Positions 35,587 to 45,649 of a DNA stretch of 64,000 nucleotides are shown in pieces. Position 1 is the stretch's first letter. The number at the start of each line of letters is the position of its first letter. This DNA comes from Candidatus Omnitrophota bacterium (GTDB taxonomy: Bacteria; Omnitrophota; Gorgyraeia; Zapsychrales; Zapsychraceae). Where the stretch lies: NCBI GenBank assembly GCA_015233405.1, contig JADFXT010000001.1:169386-233385 (forward strand), in the 5' to 3' direction. The notes below the pieces were generated by a model, which was not told the DNA's origin, made no database searches, and saw only the letters and a program-made list of their open reading frames with translations. The translations under genes and the position numbers were made by a program.

Positions 35587-35856
35587 TTGGTATTACTGAA
35601 AGAAAAAAAGACCGAAGTTATTGAAAACTTCAAGAGCCATGCCAAAGACACAGGATCGGCGGAAGTACAGGTGGCCCTGTTAACTCAAAAAATTGATTAT
35701 TTAACGGAACATTTTAAGGCCCATAAGAAAGATTTTCATTCTCGTCGGGGTCTTTTAATGATGATTGGGAAAAGACGTCGTCTTTTAGCTTATCTTAAGA
35801 AAAAAGATCCGAAAAAATATCAGGAAACTATCGAAAAATTGAACATTAGAAAATAA
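35587..35856 (+). CDS. rpsO: 30S ribosomal protein S15 (TTG start)
   Basis: [35 protein letters not shown] signature. AAGGAGG RBS upstream. Confidence 0.95.
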   Translation: MVLLKEKKTEVIENFKSHAKDTGSAEVQVALLTQKIDYLTEHFKAHKKDFHSRRGLLMMIGKRRRLLAYLKKKDPKKYQETIEKLNIRK

Positions 35857-35872
35857 GGTTAGGCTAAAAAAT

Positions 35873-37975
35873 ATGAATAAAATTGAGATCCCTTTTGGCA
35901 ATAAGAATATTATTATTGAAACAGGCAAGTTGGCGAAACAGGCGAATGGGGCTGTAACGGTGACCTGCGGTGGCACGGTTGTTTTAGTGGCCGTGTGTAT
36001 GACAAAGAAACCTAAGGAAGATGCGGACTTCTTTCCTTTGATGGTTGATTATCAGGAGAAGACGTATGCTGCCGGAAAGATTCCCGGAGGATTCTTTAAA
36101 CGCGAAGGTCGTCCTACGCAGAAAGAAATTTTAACGTCCCGTTTGATTGACAGACCTGTTAGACCGCTTTTCCCTAAAGGGTTTCTTAATGACGTTTTGG
36201 TCACCGCCGTTGTATTAAGCAGCGATAACGAAAATGACCCGGATGTTTTAGCGATTTTAGGCGCTTCCGCAGCACTCCATATTTCTGATATCCCTTTTGA
36301 AGGTCCTATCGGCGCAGCCAGAGTTGTATTTCTCGACGGCAAATATATCTTAAATCCGAATTATGAAGAGAGAGAAAAGAGCGCTTTGGAATTGGTCGTG
36401 GTCGGTTTAAAAGAAGGCGTTGTGATGATTGAAGGGGAGGCGTTGGAAGTCCCTGAATCTGAAGTTGTTAACGGGCTTAATTTTGCCCAGAAAGAACTTC
36501 AGCCTTTGATTGACGCTCAAGAGACATTTAAGAAACAGTGCGGAAAAGCAAAAGTTTCAGTGGATTTAATCCAGGCGCATCCGGATTTAAAGAAGAAAGT
36601 GGAAGCACTTTGTCTGGCCAAATTGACTAAGATTTATCAGATCGCGGATAAAATGGAACGTGAAAATGCTCAAGGTGTTTTATTCGACGAGTTGGTCAGC
36701 GATATGGCTATTTTTGAATCTTACAAGGTTGGCGAGCGGGAAGTCACCAAAGGCCAGCTGAAAGAAATTTTAGACCAGATTGAATATGATGTGGTCCGGA
36801 AAATGATTTTTGAGAAACAACTCCGTGCTGATGGCCGCGGGCTTAAAGATGTCCGGAATATTTCCTGTGAAGTTAATATCCTTCCTAGGACGCATGGTTC
36901 CAGCCTTTTTACGCGCGGACAAACCCAGAGTTTGGCGGTTGTGACTTTAGGTACTAAACGCGACGAACAGATGGTCGAATCTTTAACAGGTGTTTCATAT
37001 AATAATTTTATGCTTCATTATAACTTTCCTTCGTTTAGCGTCGGAGAGGCCAAGGTCAGCCGCGGACCCGGTCGTCGAGAGATCGGCCATGGGGCGCTCG
37101 CTGCCAAAGCTTTAAAAGGTGTTTTACCGACCAAGGATGATTTTCCTTATACCATTCGCGTGGTCTCGGAAATCTTAGAATCCAACGGTTCTTCTAGTAT
37201 GGCGAGCGTTTGCGCCGGCTGTTTGAGTTTAATGGCCGCAGGTGTTCCTATTAAAAGCCCGGTTGCTGGAATTTCTATCGGATTGATCCTCGATGACAAC
37301 GGTAAGTATGCGTTGTTGACCGATATCATGGGACTTGAAGACCATTTCGGCGATATGGATTATAAGATTGCCGGTAGTAAAAAAGGCGTTACAGCGATTC
37401 AGCTTGATCTTAAGGTCAAAGGTGTGCCGCTGGATGTTTTGGCTAAAGGTATTGAACAGGCCAAAGAAGCGCGCACGATGATTTTGGATAAAATGACGGC
37501 GGTTATTGATAAGCCGAAGACTGACATTTCCGAATATGCTCCGCGTATTTTAATCATCACGATTCCTCAGGAAAAGATAGGCGAAGTGATTGGACCTGGA
37601 GGAAAGACGATTAAAAAGATCATGGAAACAACAGGCGCTGAGGCCATTGACATTGATGATGACGGTAAAGTTTTCATCTCAGCTATGGACAAAGGTGCGG
37701 CGGAAAAGGCTTTAGAATATGTTAAAGGGTTGGTGGAAGTTCCCGAAGTCGGTCGTATCTATGATGCCCTGGTCACTCGCGTGGAAAATTACGGTGCATT
37801 TTGCGAAATTCTTCCCGGGAGACAGGGATTAGTCCATATTTCCGAAGCTGCCAAGTCTTATGTTAAGGATATCAATACGGTTATCAAAGTCGGCGACAGG
37901 GTTAAAGTTAAACTCCTTGAAATTGACCAGATGAACCGCTTGAACCTTAGCATCAAGCAAGCCATAACGGAATAA
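35873..37975 (+). CDS. pnp: polynucleotide phosphorylase
   Basis: 700 aa with two RNase PH domains, a KH domain (GPGGKTIKKI) and a C-terminal S1 domain. Confidence 0.95.
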   Translation: MNKIEIPFGNKNIIIETGKLAKQANGAVTVTCGGTVVLVAVCMTKKPKEDADFFPLMVDYQEKTYAAGKIPGGFFKREGRPTQKEILTSRLIDRPVRPLFPKGFLNDVLVTAVVLSSDNENDPDVLAILGASAALHISDIPFEGPIGAARVVFLDGKYILNPNYEEREKSALELVVVGLKEGVVMIEGEALEVPESEVVNGLNFAQKELQPLIDAQETFKKQCGKAKVSVDLIQAHPDLKKKVEALCLAKLTKIYQIADKMERENAQGVLFDELVSDMAIFESYKVGEREVTKGQLKEILDQIEYDVVRKMIFEKQLRADGRGLKDVRNISCEVNILPRTHGSSLFTRGQTQSLAVVTLGTKRDEQMVESLTGVSYNNFMLHYNFPSFSVGEAKVSRGPGRREIGHGALAAKALKGVLPTKDDFPYTIRVVSEILESNGSSSMASVCAGCLSLMAAGVPIKSPVAGISIGLILDDNGKYALLTDIMGLEDHFGDMDYKIAGSKKGVTAIQLDLKVKGVPLDVLAKGIEQAKEARTMILDKMTAVIDKPKTDISEYAPRILIITIPQEKIGEVIGPGGKTIKKIMETTGAEAIDIDDDGKVFISAMDKGAAEKALEYVKGLVEVPEVGRIYDALVTRVENYGAFCEILPGRQGLVHISEAAKSYVKDINTVIKVGDRVKVKLLEIDQMNRLNLSIKQAITE

Positions 37976-38015
37976 ACCCCTCGTTTAATTCTTATTTGGA
38001 CAATACAGCTTGTCT

Positions 38016-40280
38016 ATGAAACAAGAGCATATCAGCGAGATAAAAGCGATTTCTATTCTGGTGATCGGCATTATTCTCTTAGCCAGCCTTATGTCTTTTG
38101 TTCCCGAAGACCTTGCCTGGTTTACGTCCCATCCGAATATCCATGCTAAAAATCTTATCGGCACGACCGGTGCTTATATCGGAGGTGTCCTGTTTTTTAT
38201 TTTTGGGTACAGTGCCTATACGCTGGTACTTTTAGTGCTTTTTTGGAGCTGGAACAAATTTTCTTCTCGGGAACTCGAATTCTCTTTTGCAAAATTTATC
38301 GGGCTCTTGGTCCTGATTGGCGTTGTCAGCTCTTTGTTAAGCATGATCGGCGGGCAAGAGGATATCTTTAAATTCCAGAGAGGCGGGATCCTGGGGTCTT
38401 TTATTTCGGATTTCTTGGTCCAGCGTCTGGCTCGATTAGGGGCGTATATCTTGTTATTTGCCTTCGGGACTTTGGCGTTGATTATCACCGGCGAATTTCT
38501 GGTCACTCCCATCATCCTTAATGGACTGGAAAAAGGGCGCAACTTTTTAAATGCCTTTAAAGAACGCCTTCAAAAGAAGAAATTGGCAGCAGAGTTAGCG
38601 AAACCTAAAATAGGCGCTCCGGTTTTTCCAAAGAACAAGCCGGCTGACACGAAAAAGATCGTTTCGGAAAAAGCCGCTGGCGAATCTTTAGAAGCGGAAG
38701 AAGAGATCGAAGAAGATGAAGACGCTGAACTGACCCCGAAAAAGAAAGTCGAGAAGCCTAAAATTCGCATTGCTCCTTCCGAGACCAAGAAAGATAAAGT
38801 TTCCGACGAGGAGCCGAAGATCGTCGGGGTCTATCATCTGCCTTCTTTGGATTTATTGGAAGATGCTCCCCAGGTTCCTGCGAATAAAATCCAGGACGGA
38901 TTAATGAACGGGGCAAAGCTTTTGGAAGAAACCCTATCGAACTTCGGCGTTTTGGCCAAGGTGGTCGACATTGAGCGCGGCCCGGCCATTACCCGTTATG
39001 AATTGGAACCCGCCCCCGGAGTCAAGGTCCAGAAATTCACGACTCTTCAAGATGATATTGCTTTAGCGATGAAAGCTCCGACGGTGCGCATCGTTGCTCC
39101 TATCCCCGGGAAAAATCGTATCGGGATTGAAGTCCCGAATGCGGATTCTTCGTTTGTTTTCTTAAAAGACGTTCTTTCTAGTAATGAGTTTCGCGCTGCA
39201 GGCTCAAAATTGATGTTGGCGCTCGGAAAAGATATTGCTGGCCAGCCGATGGTCGCGGATTTAGCAGAAATGCCGCATTTGTTGATCGCAGGAACGACGG
39301 GGTCAGGAAAATCTGTTTGTATTAACGGGATTATCATGTCGATTTTGTTTAACGCATCTCCGGATGAAGTGAAATTGATCATGGTCGACCCTAAGATGGT
39401 AGAGTTGGCGCAGTATAATGGAATTCCACATTTGCTTTGTCCGACGGTGACTGATCCTAAGAAAGCGTCGGCTGTTTTAAATTGGGTCGTCGGAGAGATG
39501 GAGAGTCGCTATAAAAAACTTTCTCAAGACGGATCGCGCAATATCAAGATGTACAATGAAAAAGGCAATAAAATGCCGTATATGGTTATTATTCTCGACG
39601 AGCTAGCGGATTTGATGCAGGTGTCGGCGAAATCCGTGGAAAGCGCGGTCACCCGTATTGCCCAATTGTCCCGGGCGGTGGGGATTCATCTTATTATTGC
39701 CACGCAAAGACCGTCCGTCGACGTTTTAACCGGTGTTATCAAGGCCAATTTTCCGGCAAGAATTTCGTTTAAGGTCGCCCAGAAAAATGATTCGCGGGTT
39801 GTCCTCGATATGAATGGGGCGGAAACGCTTTTAGGGCGCGGCGATATGCTTTTCATCAAGCCCGGTGATGCCAAGCCTACGCGCGGACAGGGAAATTTTG
39901 TGAAAGATAAAGAGATCAGCGAGGTGGTCCAGTTTATCCGAGACCAGCAGGAGCCTCTGTATGATGAAAGTATTATTCAGCAGCAAAAAAGCGGTGGCTT
40001 AGAAGGGTCTGATGAAAAGGATGAATATTACGATGAGGCGGTGCAGCTTGTGATTGAAACGGGGCAGGCCTCGGTCTCCATTCTTCAGCGGCGCATGCGT
40101 TTAGGCTATACGCGTGCAGCACGGTTGATTGATATGATGGAACAGCGTGGGATCGTGGGCCCGTATTGCGGCAGCAAGCCTAGAGACATTTTGGTCGACC
40201 GGGAACAATGGTTACTGGAAAATATGAATAACCAAGACAAAGGTGAAGGACCTCAAGATGATCAACAATCCTCCGAGTAA
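38016..40280 (+). CDS. ftsK: DNA translocase FtsK/SpoIIIE
   Basis: N-terminal TM segments, Walker A GTTGSGKS, Walker B ILDELADL, and a C-terminal gamma domain (SxxxLQRRxRxGYxRAARLxD). Confidence 0.9.
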   Translation: MKQEHISEIKAISILVIGIILLASLMSFVPEDLAWFTSHPNIHAKNLIGTTGAYIGGVLFFIFGYSAYTLVLLVLFWSWNKFSSRELEFSFAKFIGLLVLIGVVSSLLSMIGGQEDIFKFQRGGILGSFISDFLVQRLARLGAYILLFAFGTLALIITGEFLVTPIILNGLEKGRNFLNAFKERLQKKKLAAELAKPKIGAPVFPKNKPADTKKIVSEKAAGESLEAEEEIEEDEDAELTPKKKVEKPKIRIAPSETKKDKVSDEEPKIVGVYHLPSLDLLEDAPQVPANKIQDGLMNGAKLLEETLSNFGVLAKVVDIERGPAITRYELEPAPGVKVQKFTTLQDDIALAMKAPTVRIVAPIPGKNRIGIEVPNADSSFVFLKDVLSSNEFRAAGSKLMLALGKDIAGQPMVADLAEMPHLLIAGTTGSGKSVCINGIIMSILFNASPDEVKLIMVDPKMVELAQYNGIPHLLCPTVTDPKKASAVLNWVVGEMESRYKKLSQDGSRNIKMYNEKGNKMPYMVIILDELADLMQVSAKSVESAVTRIAQLSRAVGIHLIIATQRPSVDVLTGVIKANFPARISFKVAQKNDSRVVLDMNGAETLLGRGDMLFIKPGDAKPTRGQGNFVKDKEISEVVQFIRDQQEPLYDESIIQQQKSGGLEGSDEKDEYYDEAVQLVIETGQASVSILQRRMRLGYTRAARLIDMMEQRGIVGPYCGSKPRDILVDREQWLLENMNNQDKGEGPQDDQQSSE

Positions 40281-41124
40281 AGAAGATATTTCCCAAAGCA
40301 TCAAAGGGCTTTTATTAAAGCAGGCCCGTGAAACCAAAGGGCTTTCTTTAGAGACCGTCCATGAACAGACCAAGATTCCCGTCGACGTTCTCAAGGGAAT
40401 TGAAGATGGGTACAAAATCAGGACCGTCTCTTCTTTTTATTTGAAGGCCTTCGTCAAGATCTATGCCCAATATCTGGACGTGGATGTTCAGCAGGTCATG
40501 GAGGGATATCACAAAGAAGAACTGCCTAAATATGTTAAGGTTGACGTCGAGGATTCCACCGCCTCTCAGTGGGTTTCGCGTATCTTTACCCGAGAGCGGA
40601 AACAAAAGCTTGTCCTTGGCGCTACGATTGTTCTTGGTCTGATATTGGTTTTTAAGTTTATTTCTTTTGTTGTGCATAAAAAGAATCAGGGAAATTCCAT
40701 AAAAAGAGAATTGCCTATTGTTGAAAAGAAGGCAAAGTCAAAGAAAGAAAACAAACACAAGAAACAGGATGCTGAGGAAGATAAGTCTGCAAAGTCGGAA
40801 GAATCGTCGTCGGAAGAAAAAAACACATCACAGGCCGCTTCCTCTGAAGAAAAGAAAGTTTATAAAGATGTGACGCTGGTTGTCCGGGCTAAGGCCAAAA
40901 GTTGGTTACGAGTGAAAGCGGATGGGCAAGTTGTTTTTCAGTCCACGTTAAAGACGGGTTCATTCGAAACCTGGACGGCTAAAGACAAAATTGAGATTTC
41001 TGGTCGAAATATTAGCCAATTGGAATTTGAATTGAACGGTAAGCTTATCGGGTCCTTAGGCCGTGAAGACCGTCAGGCCAAAACGATTGTCATCACCAAA
41101 AACGGCTTGTCCGTGACGAAATAG
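40258..41124 (+). CDS. RodZ-like HTH / DUF4115 membrane protein
   Basis: N-terminal HTH (LKQARETKGLSLETVHEQTKIP), one TM segment, and a C-terminal beta domain (SWLRVKADG...). Confidence 0.65.
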   Translation: MINNPPSKEDISQSIKGLLLKQARETKGLSLETVHEQTKIPVDVLKGIEDGYKIRTVSSFYLKAFVKIYAQYLDVDVQQVMEGYHKEELPKYVKVDVEDSTASQWVSRIFTRERKQKLVLGATIVLGLILVFKFISFVVHKKNQGNSIKRELPIVEKKAKSKKENKHKKQDAEEDKSAKSEESSSEEKNTSQAASSEEKKVYKDVTLVVRAKAKSWLRVKADGQVVFQSTLKTGSFETWTAKDKIEISGRNISQLEFELNGKLIGSLGREDRQAKTIVITKNGLSVTK

Positions 41125-41129
41125 TCCCC

Positions 41130-42428
41130 ATGGGCTCTCTCAAGAAATCCTCTCATCGTAAAGTTTTTTCCAAACAAAAAATTCGTGTTATCAATCTGGG
41201 ATGCGCCAGGAATTTGGCGGATGCCGGAACTCTCGCCGGAATCTTAAAAAAAAGAGGACATAGGCTTGTGGATTCTGACAAGTCAGATGCAGTGATTTTA
41301 AATACCTGTTGCTTTATCGAGGACGCCAAGAAAGAGACCATCGACGCTATCTTAGATCTATTGGAGCTAAAAAATAAAGGGCATATTAAACGGTTGGTTG
41401 TTGCTGGCTGCTTTCCTGAGCGTTATCGCTCAGAGATCCTCAAAGAATTCAAAGGGGTTGATGCTTATATCGGCGCTATAAAGCTTACAGAGGATTCTTT
41501 TTCCCGTCAGATTCCCTTAACTCCGTCTCACTTTGCGTATCTTAAAATTTGCGAAAGTTGTTATAATCTGTGCCGCTTTTGTATAATTCCTTCGATTAAG
41601 GGAAAGTTTATATCAAGGACCGAAGATTCTATTCTCGACGAGGTTAAAAGGCTTGATGCCCAAGGCGTGAAAGAACTTAATATTATCGGCCAAGACATTA
41701 CGGCTTATGGAATGGATCTGTATCAGGAGAAAAGGCTCGCGAAGCTTTTAAAGAAAATTTGTTCGGCGTCTAAGAATATCCGGTGGATACGACTTTTGTA
41801 TACCTTCCCGGCGCATGTGACAGATGAGCTGATTGACGTGATCGCCCAGGAACCTAAAATTTGCAAATATATTGATATTCCTTTGCAGCATATTCATGAT
41901 ACAATCCTTACCCAGATGAACCGGCGGACCACCAAGAAAGAAACGGTTCAACTGATCAAGGATATCAGGAATAAAATCCCTCAGGCTCGGTTACGTACGA
42001 CGTTTATCGTCGGGCTTCCGGGTGAGACAGAAGAAATTTTTGAAGACCTGGTCGCTTTTGTCAAAGAGATGCGGTTTGAAAAACTCGGCGTGTTTAAATA
42101 TTCCCGGGAAGAAGGAACGCCGGCTTATGACATGCCCGGCCAAGTTGATGAAGCCGTTAAAGAAGAGCGGTATAACCGGCTGATGAAAGTCCAGCAGGCG
42201 ATTTCAGAGGATATCCAGAGGCAATTCGTCGGAAAAACCCTTGATGTCTTGATCGATGAAAAATTGAAAGAGGAAAAGAACGACTATTTGGGCCGCACGC
42301 CATATGACGCGCCGGATGTCGACGGAGTGGTGTATGTGCATGCCAAGAAGAAATTAAAACCCGGGGACATTGTGAAAGTCAGGATCACAGATTCCCTCGA
42401 ATATGATCTAGCCGGAGAGACCTTATGA
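41130..42428 (+). CDS. rimO: ribosomal protein S12 methylthiotransferase RimO
   Basis: N-terminal UPF0004 Cys residues, radical-SAM motif CxxxCxFC (CYNLCRFC), and a C-terminal TRAM domain. Confidence 0.85.
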   Translation: MGSLKKSSHRKVFSKQKIRVINLGCARNLADAGTLAGILKKRGHRLVDSDKSDAVILNTCCFIEDAKKETIDAILDLLELKNKGHIKRLVVAGCFPERYRSEILKEFKGVDAYIGAIKLTEDSFSRQIPLTPSHFAYLKICESCYNLCRFCIIPSIKGKFISRTEDSILDEVKRLDAQGVKELNIIGQDITAYGMDLYQEKRLAKLLKKICSASKNIRWIRLLYTFPAHVTDELIDVIAQEPKICKYIDIPLQHIHDTILTQMNRRTTKKETVQLIKDIRNKIPQARLRTTFIVGLPGETEEIFEDLVAFVKEMRFEKLGVFKYSREEGTPAYDMPGQVDEAVKEERYNRLMKVQQAISEDIQRQFVGKTLDVLIDEKLKEEKNDYLGRTPYDAPDVDGVVYVHAKKKLKPGDIVKVRITDSLEYDLAGETL

Positions 42429-42997
42429 AGCTTCCTAATTATTTGACCTTGTCGAGGATCGTTTTAACTTTTATTTTTGCCGCTTTGATTTATCAGCCGC
42501 AATTTTATTTAAAAGTCTTGGCGCTGGTCATTTTCATCATGGCGTCATTCACGGATTTCTTAGACGGTTATTTTGCTAAAAAAATGAATTTGTGCTCCAA
42601 TTTTGGGAAGATCATGGACCCGATTGCAGATAAGTTCTTGATGCTGACCGCATTTTTTATTTTTGCTCAAATGGCGATTATCCCGGCTTCGATGTTTATC
42701 GTGATCTTTTTCCGCGAGATGCTGATCACGGGCTTAAGGCTTGTTGCCGTCGGAAGAGGAAAAGTTTTGGCGGCAGAAAAGTTAGGCAAATACAAAACGG
42801 TCGTCCAAATGGTCGCGGTTTATATGATTTTGTTTTTCATTTTATTAAAAGAATCTCCGCTAACGGCTTGGAAAACAAAAACAGCGTTGTTTTATTGGGA
42901 AATGAGCATTTATGGCGTGATGCTGGTCGCCATATTTTTAACGCTGGTCTCCGGGATCTCATATCTGTCCGGCAACAAGGAATATTATGACCGATAA
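42425..42997 (+). CDS. pgsA: CDP-diacylglycerol-glycerol-3-phosphate 3-phosphatidyltransferase
   Basis: CDP-alcohol phosphatidyltransferase motif DFLDGYxAxxxxxxxxxGxxxDPxADK. Confidence 0.85.
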   Translation: MKLPNYLTLSRIVLTFIFAALIYQPQFYLKVLALVIFIMASFTDFLDGYFAKKMNLCSNFGKIMDPIADKFLMLTAFFIFAQMAIIPASMFIVIFFREMLITGLRLVAVGRGKVLAAEKLGKYKTVVQMVAVYMILFFILLKESPLTAWKTKTALFYWEMSIYGVMLVAIFLTLVSGISYLSGNKEYYDR

Positions 42998-43442
42998 AAC
43001 CGTTAAATTATTATCCACATTTTTTTATGTCGGCTATTGCCCGGTAGCTCCGGGAAGTTTGGCCAGCTTGGCGGGAACATTGATTTATGTTTTCATCCAT
43101 GGCCAGCCATTGGTTCATGTTTTTCTTTTTATCCTTGTGACATGGATAGGGTTTGCGGTGAGCGGTAAAATGGAGGAGCTCGTGAAGGAGAAAGACCCGT
43201 CTTGCGTTGTTATCGACGAAGTCTCAGGGATTTTGTTGTCGTTCTTCTTATTGCCGATTAATCCTGCGACGGTGTTTACTACATTTTTTCTTTTCCGTGC
43301 GTTTGACATGTTTAAGATCTATCCCGGGAATCGGTTTGAAGCGATGGGCGGGGGCTTTGGGATCATGATGGACGACATTTCCGCCGGGGTCTATACCAAC
43401 ATCATCATGCAAATCGCCGTCCACCTCATTGGTATAAAGTAG
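42987..43442 (+). CDS. pgpA: phosphatidylglycerophosphatase A
   Basis: GxxPxAPGSxASL, xxDExxG and FRxFDxxK motifs. Confidence 0.8.
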   Translation: MTDKTVKLLSTFFYVGYCPVAPGSLASLAGTLIYVFIHGQPLVHVFLFILVTWIGFAVSGKMEELVKEKDPSCVVIDEVSGILLSFFLLPINPATVFTTFFLFRAFDMFKIYPGNRFEAMGGGFGIMMDDISAGVYTNIIMQIAVHLIGIK

Positions 43443-43473
43443 TTTCTTTGAACGTTGTTTAATCAAAAGATCA

Positions 43474-43848
43474 ATGAATCACCTCAGAAAAATTTTATTG
43501 ATGGGTGCGGGTTTTCTATCCGTGGTTTTAGGTATTATCGGCGCGGTCATGCCTGTAATGCCATCCATTCCTTTTTTTATCATTGCCTCGATTTGCTTCT
43601 CGAAAAGCTCCAAAAAATTCCACGATCTTTTATTAAACAATAAATGGGTCGGCCCCCATATTAAGCGCTATCATGAAAATAACGGAATAAAATTAGAAAT
43701 GAAGGTTCTGTTTATCTTTTTTCAGTGGGCGGGCATAGTATGTACGTCCATACTGTTCGTCCACAACATTTTGGGCAGGATTCTGATGCTTATCATCGCG
43801 ATAGGCGCCACTATTTATGTTTTATCTCTCAAGACCGCCCAAAAATAA
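43474..43848 (+). CDS. DUF454/YbaN-family inner-membrane protein
   Basis: LGIIGAVMPVMPSIPFFIIASICFSKSS pattern is typical of YbaN. Confidence 0.7.
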   Translation: MNHLRKILLMGAGFLSVVLGIIGAVMPVMPSIPFFIIASICFSKSSKKFHDLLLNNKWVGPHIKRYHENNGIKLEMKVLFIFFQWAGIVCTSILFVHNILGRILMLIIAIGATIYVLSLKTAQK

Positions 43849-43914
43849 TAGAAGGATCATGGGTGGGGTGAAAGGGTGGGAGATTAATACAGAAAAATGG
43901 AAAAAGAGGCGTTG

Positions 43915-43943
43915 TTGACAATACGTACGCAATATGGTACGCT
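43915..43943 (+). promoter_or_regulatory. promoter (TTGACA, 17 nt spacer, TACGCT) with two GTAC cores 12 bp apart (candidate YefM-YoeB operator)
   Basis: ttgaca at 43915-43920. GTAC at 43925-43928 and 43937-43940. Confidence 0.45.
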
Positions 43944-43962
43944 TTAGGTGGAGGGAATAAAG

Positions 43963-44205
43963 ATGACTTCAATCACAGTAACTCAGGCAAGAGCCAAATT
44001 ATATCAGTTGTTGGATAGCACGGCCCAATCTCATGAACCTATTCAGATTACTGGTAAAAGAAACAACGCTGTTTTGATTTCTGAAGAAGATTGGAAGGCG
44101 ATCCAGGAAACCCTTTATTTGCTTTCTATTCCCGGGATGAAGAAGTCCATTCGTTTGGGGCTAAATACACCCGTTTCCAAATGTGATAAGGTTCTTAAAT
44201 GGTAA
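43963..44205 (+). CDS. yefM: Phd/YefM-family antitoxin
   Basis: The sequence ...TVTQARAKLYQLLD...EPIQITGKRNNAVLISEEDWKAIQETLYLL is typical of YefM. Confidence 0.85.
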   Translation: MTSITVTQARAKLYQLLDSTAQSHEPIQITGKRNNAVLISEEDWKAIQETLYLLSIPGMKKSIRLGLNTPVSKCDKVLKW

Positions 44206-44465
44206 CTTGGACGCTTGTTTATACAAAACAGGCCCAAAAAGATGCCCACAAGATTTCTGAAGCAGGGCTTCGCCCTAAAGTTCAAGAACTCTTGGAAGTC
44301 CTCCATAAAAATCCTTTCCAAAATCCACCATCTTTTGAAAAACTTGTTGGCGATTTGGATGGTGCATATTCACGCCGCATCAATATTCAGCACCGGCTTG
44401 TTTATCAGGTTCTTAAAGAATCGCACACGGTGAAAATCCTTCGGATGTGGACGCATTACGAATGA
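44199..44465 (+). CDS. yoeB: Txe/YoeB-family toxin (ribosome-dependent mRNA interferase)
   Basis: ...YSRRINIQHRLVYQV...ILRMWTHYE C-terminus. Overlaps the yefM stop. Confidence 0.85.
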   Translation: MVTWTLVYTKQAQKDAHKISEAGLRPKVQELLEVLHKNPFQNPPSFEKLVGDLDGAYSRRINIQHRLVYQVLKESHTVKILRMWTHYE

Positions 44466-44468
44466 TTG

Positions 44469-45035
44469 TTATTGTAATGCGATCTTCTCGATAATTTCAT
44501 AAATCGGTCCGCTAGAGGTGAGCGTGCTTTTGTATAAGATGACATGATTCATTTCTTCAGCGGCGGGTTGCTTGAGGGAATAGCTTGAAATCGTCTCTAT
44601 TAGCTTCGAGAGATTTTTATCCGACTTAATCCTGCCAAGAGTAACATGAGGGCTAAATGCGCGGGTTTCTTTAGGAAATCCAATCTTTTCAAAAGCTTCT
44701 TCAATAGATAGCGCCAACTGTGTGAGTCCGGCGTCTTCTTTTAATCCCACCCAAACAATTCTTGGATGAATTTTTTCCGGGAAAGTCCCGAGCGTCGTCC
44801 ATTCGAGCGGAATCGCTCTGGTATTTTGTAAAACCTCTTGGAGCGTTTTGACGATAACAGGGATCTGATCTCTCGACGTGTCGCCTAAGAATTTTAATGT
44901 TAAATGGGCATTTTTTGGTTTGACCCATGTGACGGGACAGGCGGATTTTTTAAGGTGATTTTCAATTCCTTCAATAAATTCATGGCTTTCGGCGCTTAAC
45001 GGAAGAGCTAAGAAAATTCGAATAAAAGGGGTCAT
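44469..45035 (-). CDS. thpR: RNA 2',3'-cyclic phosphodiesterase (2H family, ThpR/LigT)
   Basis: Two HxTx motifs (HLTLKFLG, HVTLGR). Start taken at MTPFIRIFLAL. Confidence 0.8.
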   Translation of the reverse strand: MTPFIRIFLALPLSAESHEFIEGIENHLKKSACPVTWVKPKNAHLTLKFLGDTSRDQIPVIVKTLQEVLQNTRAIPLEWTTLGTFPEKIHPRIVWVGLKEDAGLTQLALSIEEAFEKIGFPKETRAFSPHVTLGRIKSDKNLSKLIETISSYSLKQPAAEEMNHVILYKSTLTSSGPIYEIIEKIALQ

Positions 45036-45037
45036 TG

Positions 45038-45541
45038 TTAGGAAAGATACCTTAAAAGTAATTTTAGCGCTTGGGTCGTGGTTTGCGTCTTGACTTGAAG
45101 TCGACTGCCTTTGAAATGACATTTTAGGCAAACAACTTTGGTTTTTGTGCTTAAGGCAATAAATACCAACCCAACGGGTTTTGTTTTTGTCCCACCGGTT
45201 GGGCCAGCGATGCCGGTAATGCCAATACCAAAATCTGTTTTAAACAACTTACGGACATTTTTCGCCATCAAGCTCGCCACATCACGGCTTACGGCGCCAT
45301 GTTTTTCAAGCAGCTTTTTAGGCACATTTAAGAGCTTTGTTTTGGATTCATAGCTGTAAGTCACCAGCGCTGCCATTAGGAAAGAGGAACTGCCGGAAAT
45401 ATTGGTCAGCCGGTGGGATAATAGACCGCCCGAGCAGGATTCGGCAATGGCTAATGTCTTTTTCTGATGGATGAGGCAATGGGCAACGATCTCTTCTAAT
45501 TGCATGGGACACATTATAGGCAGGGACAAAGACCTTGACAA
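45038..45541 (-). CDS. pncC: CinA C-terminal domain protein / nicotinamide-nucleotide amidase PncC
   Basis: AESCSGGLL...TGIAGPTGG...KPVGLVF motifs. Confidence 0.85.
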   Translation of the reverse strand: MSRSLSLPIMCPMQLEEIVAHCLIHQKKTLAIAESCSGGLLSHRLTNISGSSSFLMAALVTYSYESKTKLLNVPKKLLEKHGAVSRDVASLMAKNVRKLFKTDFGIGITGIAGPTGGTKTKPVGLVFIALSTKTKVVCLKCHFKGSRLQVKTQTTTQALKLLLRYLS

Positions 45542-45649
45542 GCATTAATATTTCACCTATATTACCCCAGACTTTAGATATTATTAATATTATTTATATT
45601 AACCGAAACGCACACCTGGTGCGTGAATGGAAATAAAGAGAGGGATGGC

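Noticed and set aside
45542-45649. Possible FMN riboswitch upstream of ribBA (and at 48858-48993 upstream of ribD).
   Set aside because: None of the conserved RFN blocks are visible. The first spacer is AT-rich with only a small hairpin (GCACC...GGTGC), and the second is an AT-rich palindrome copy.
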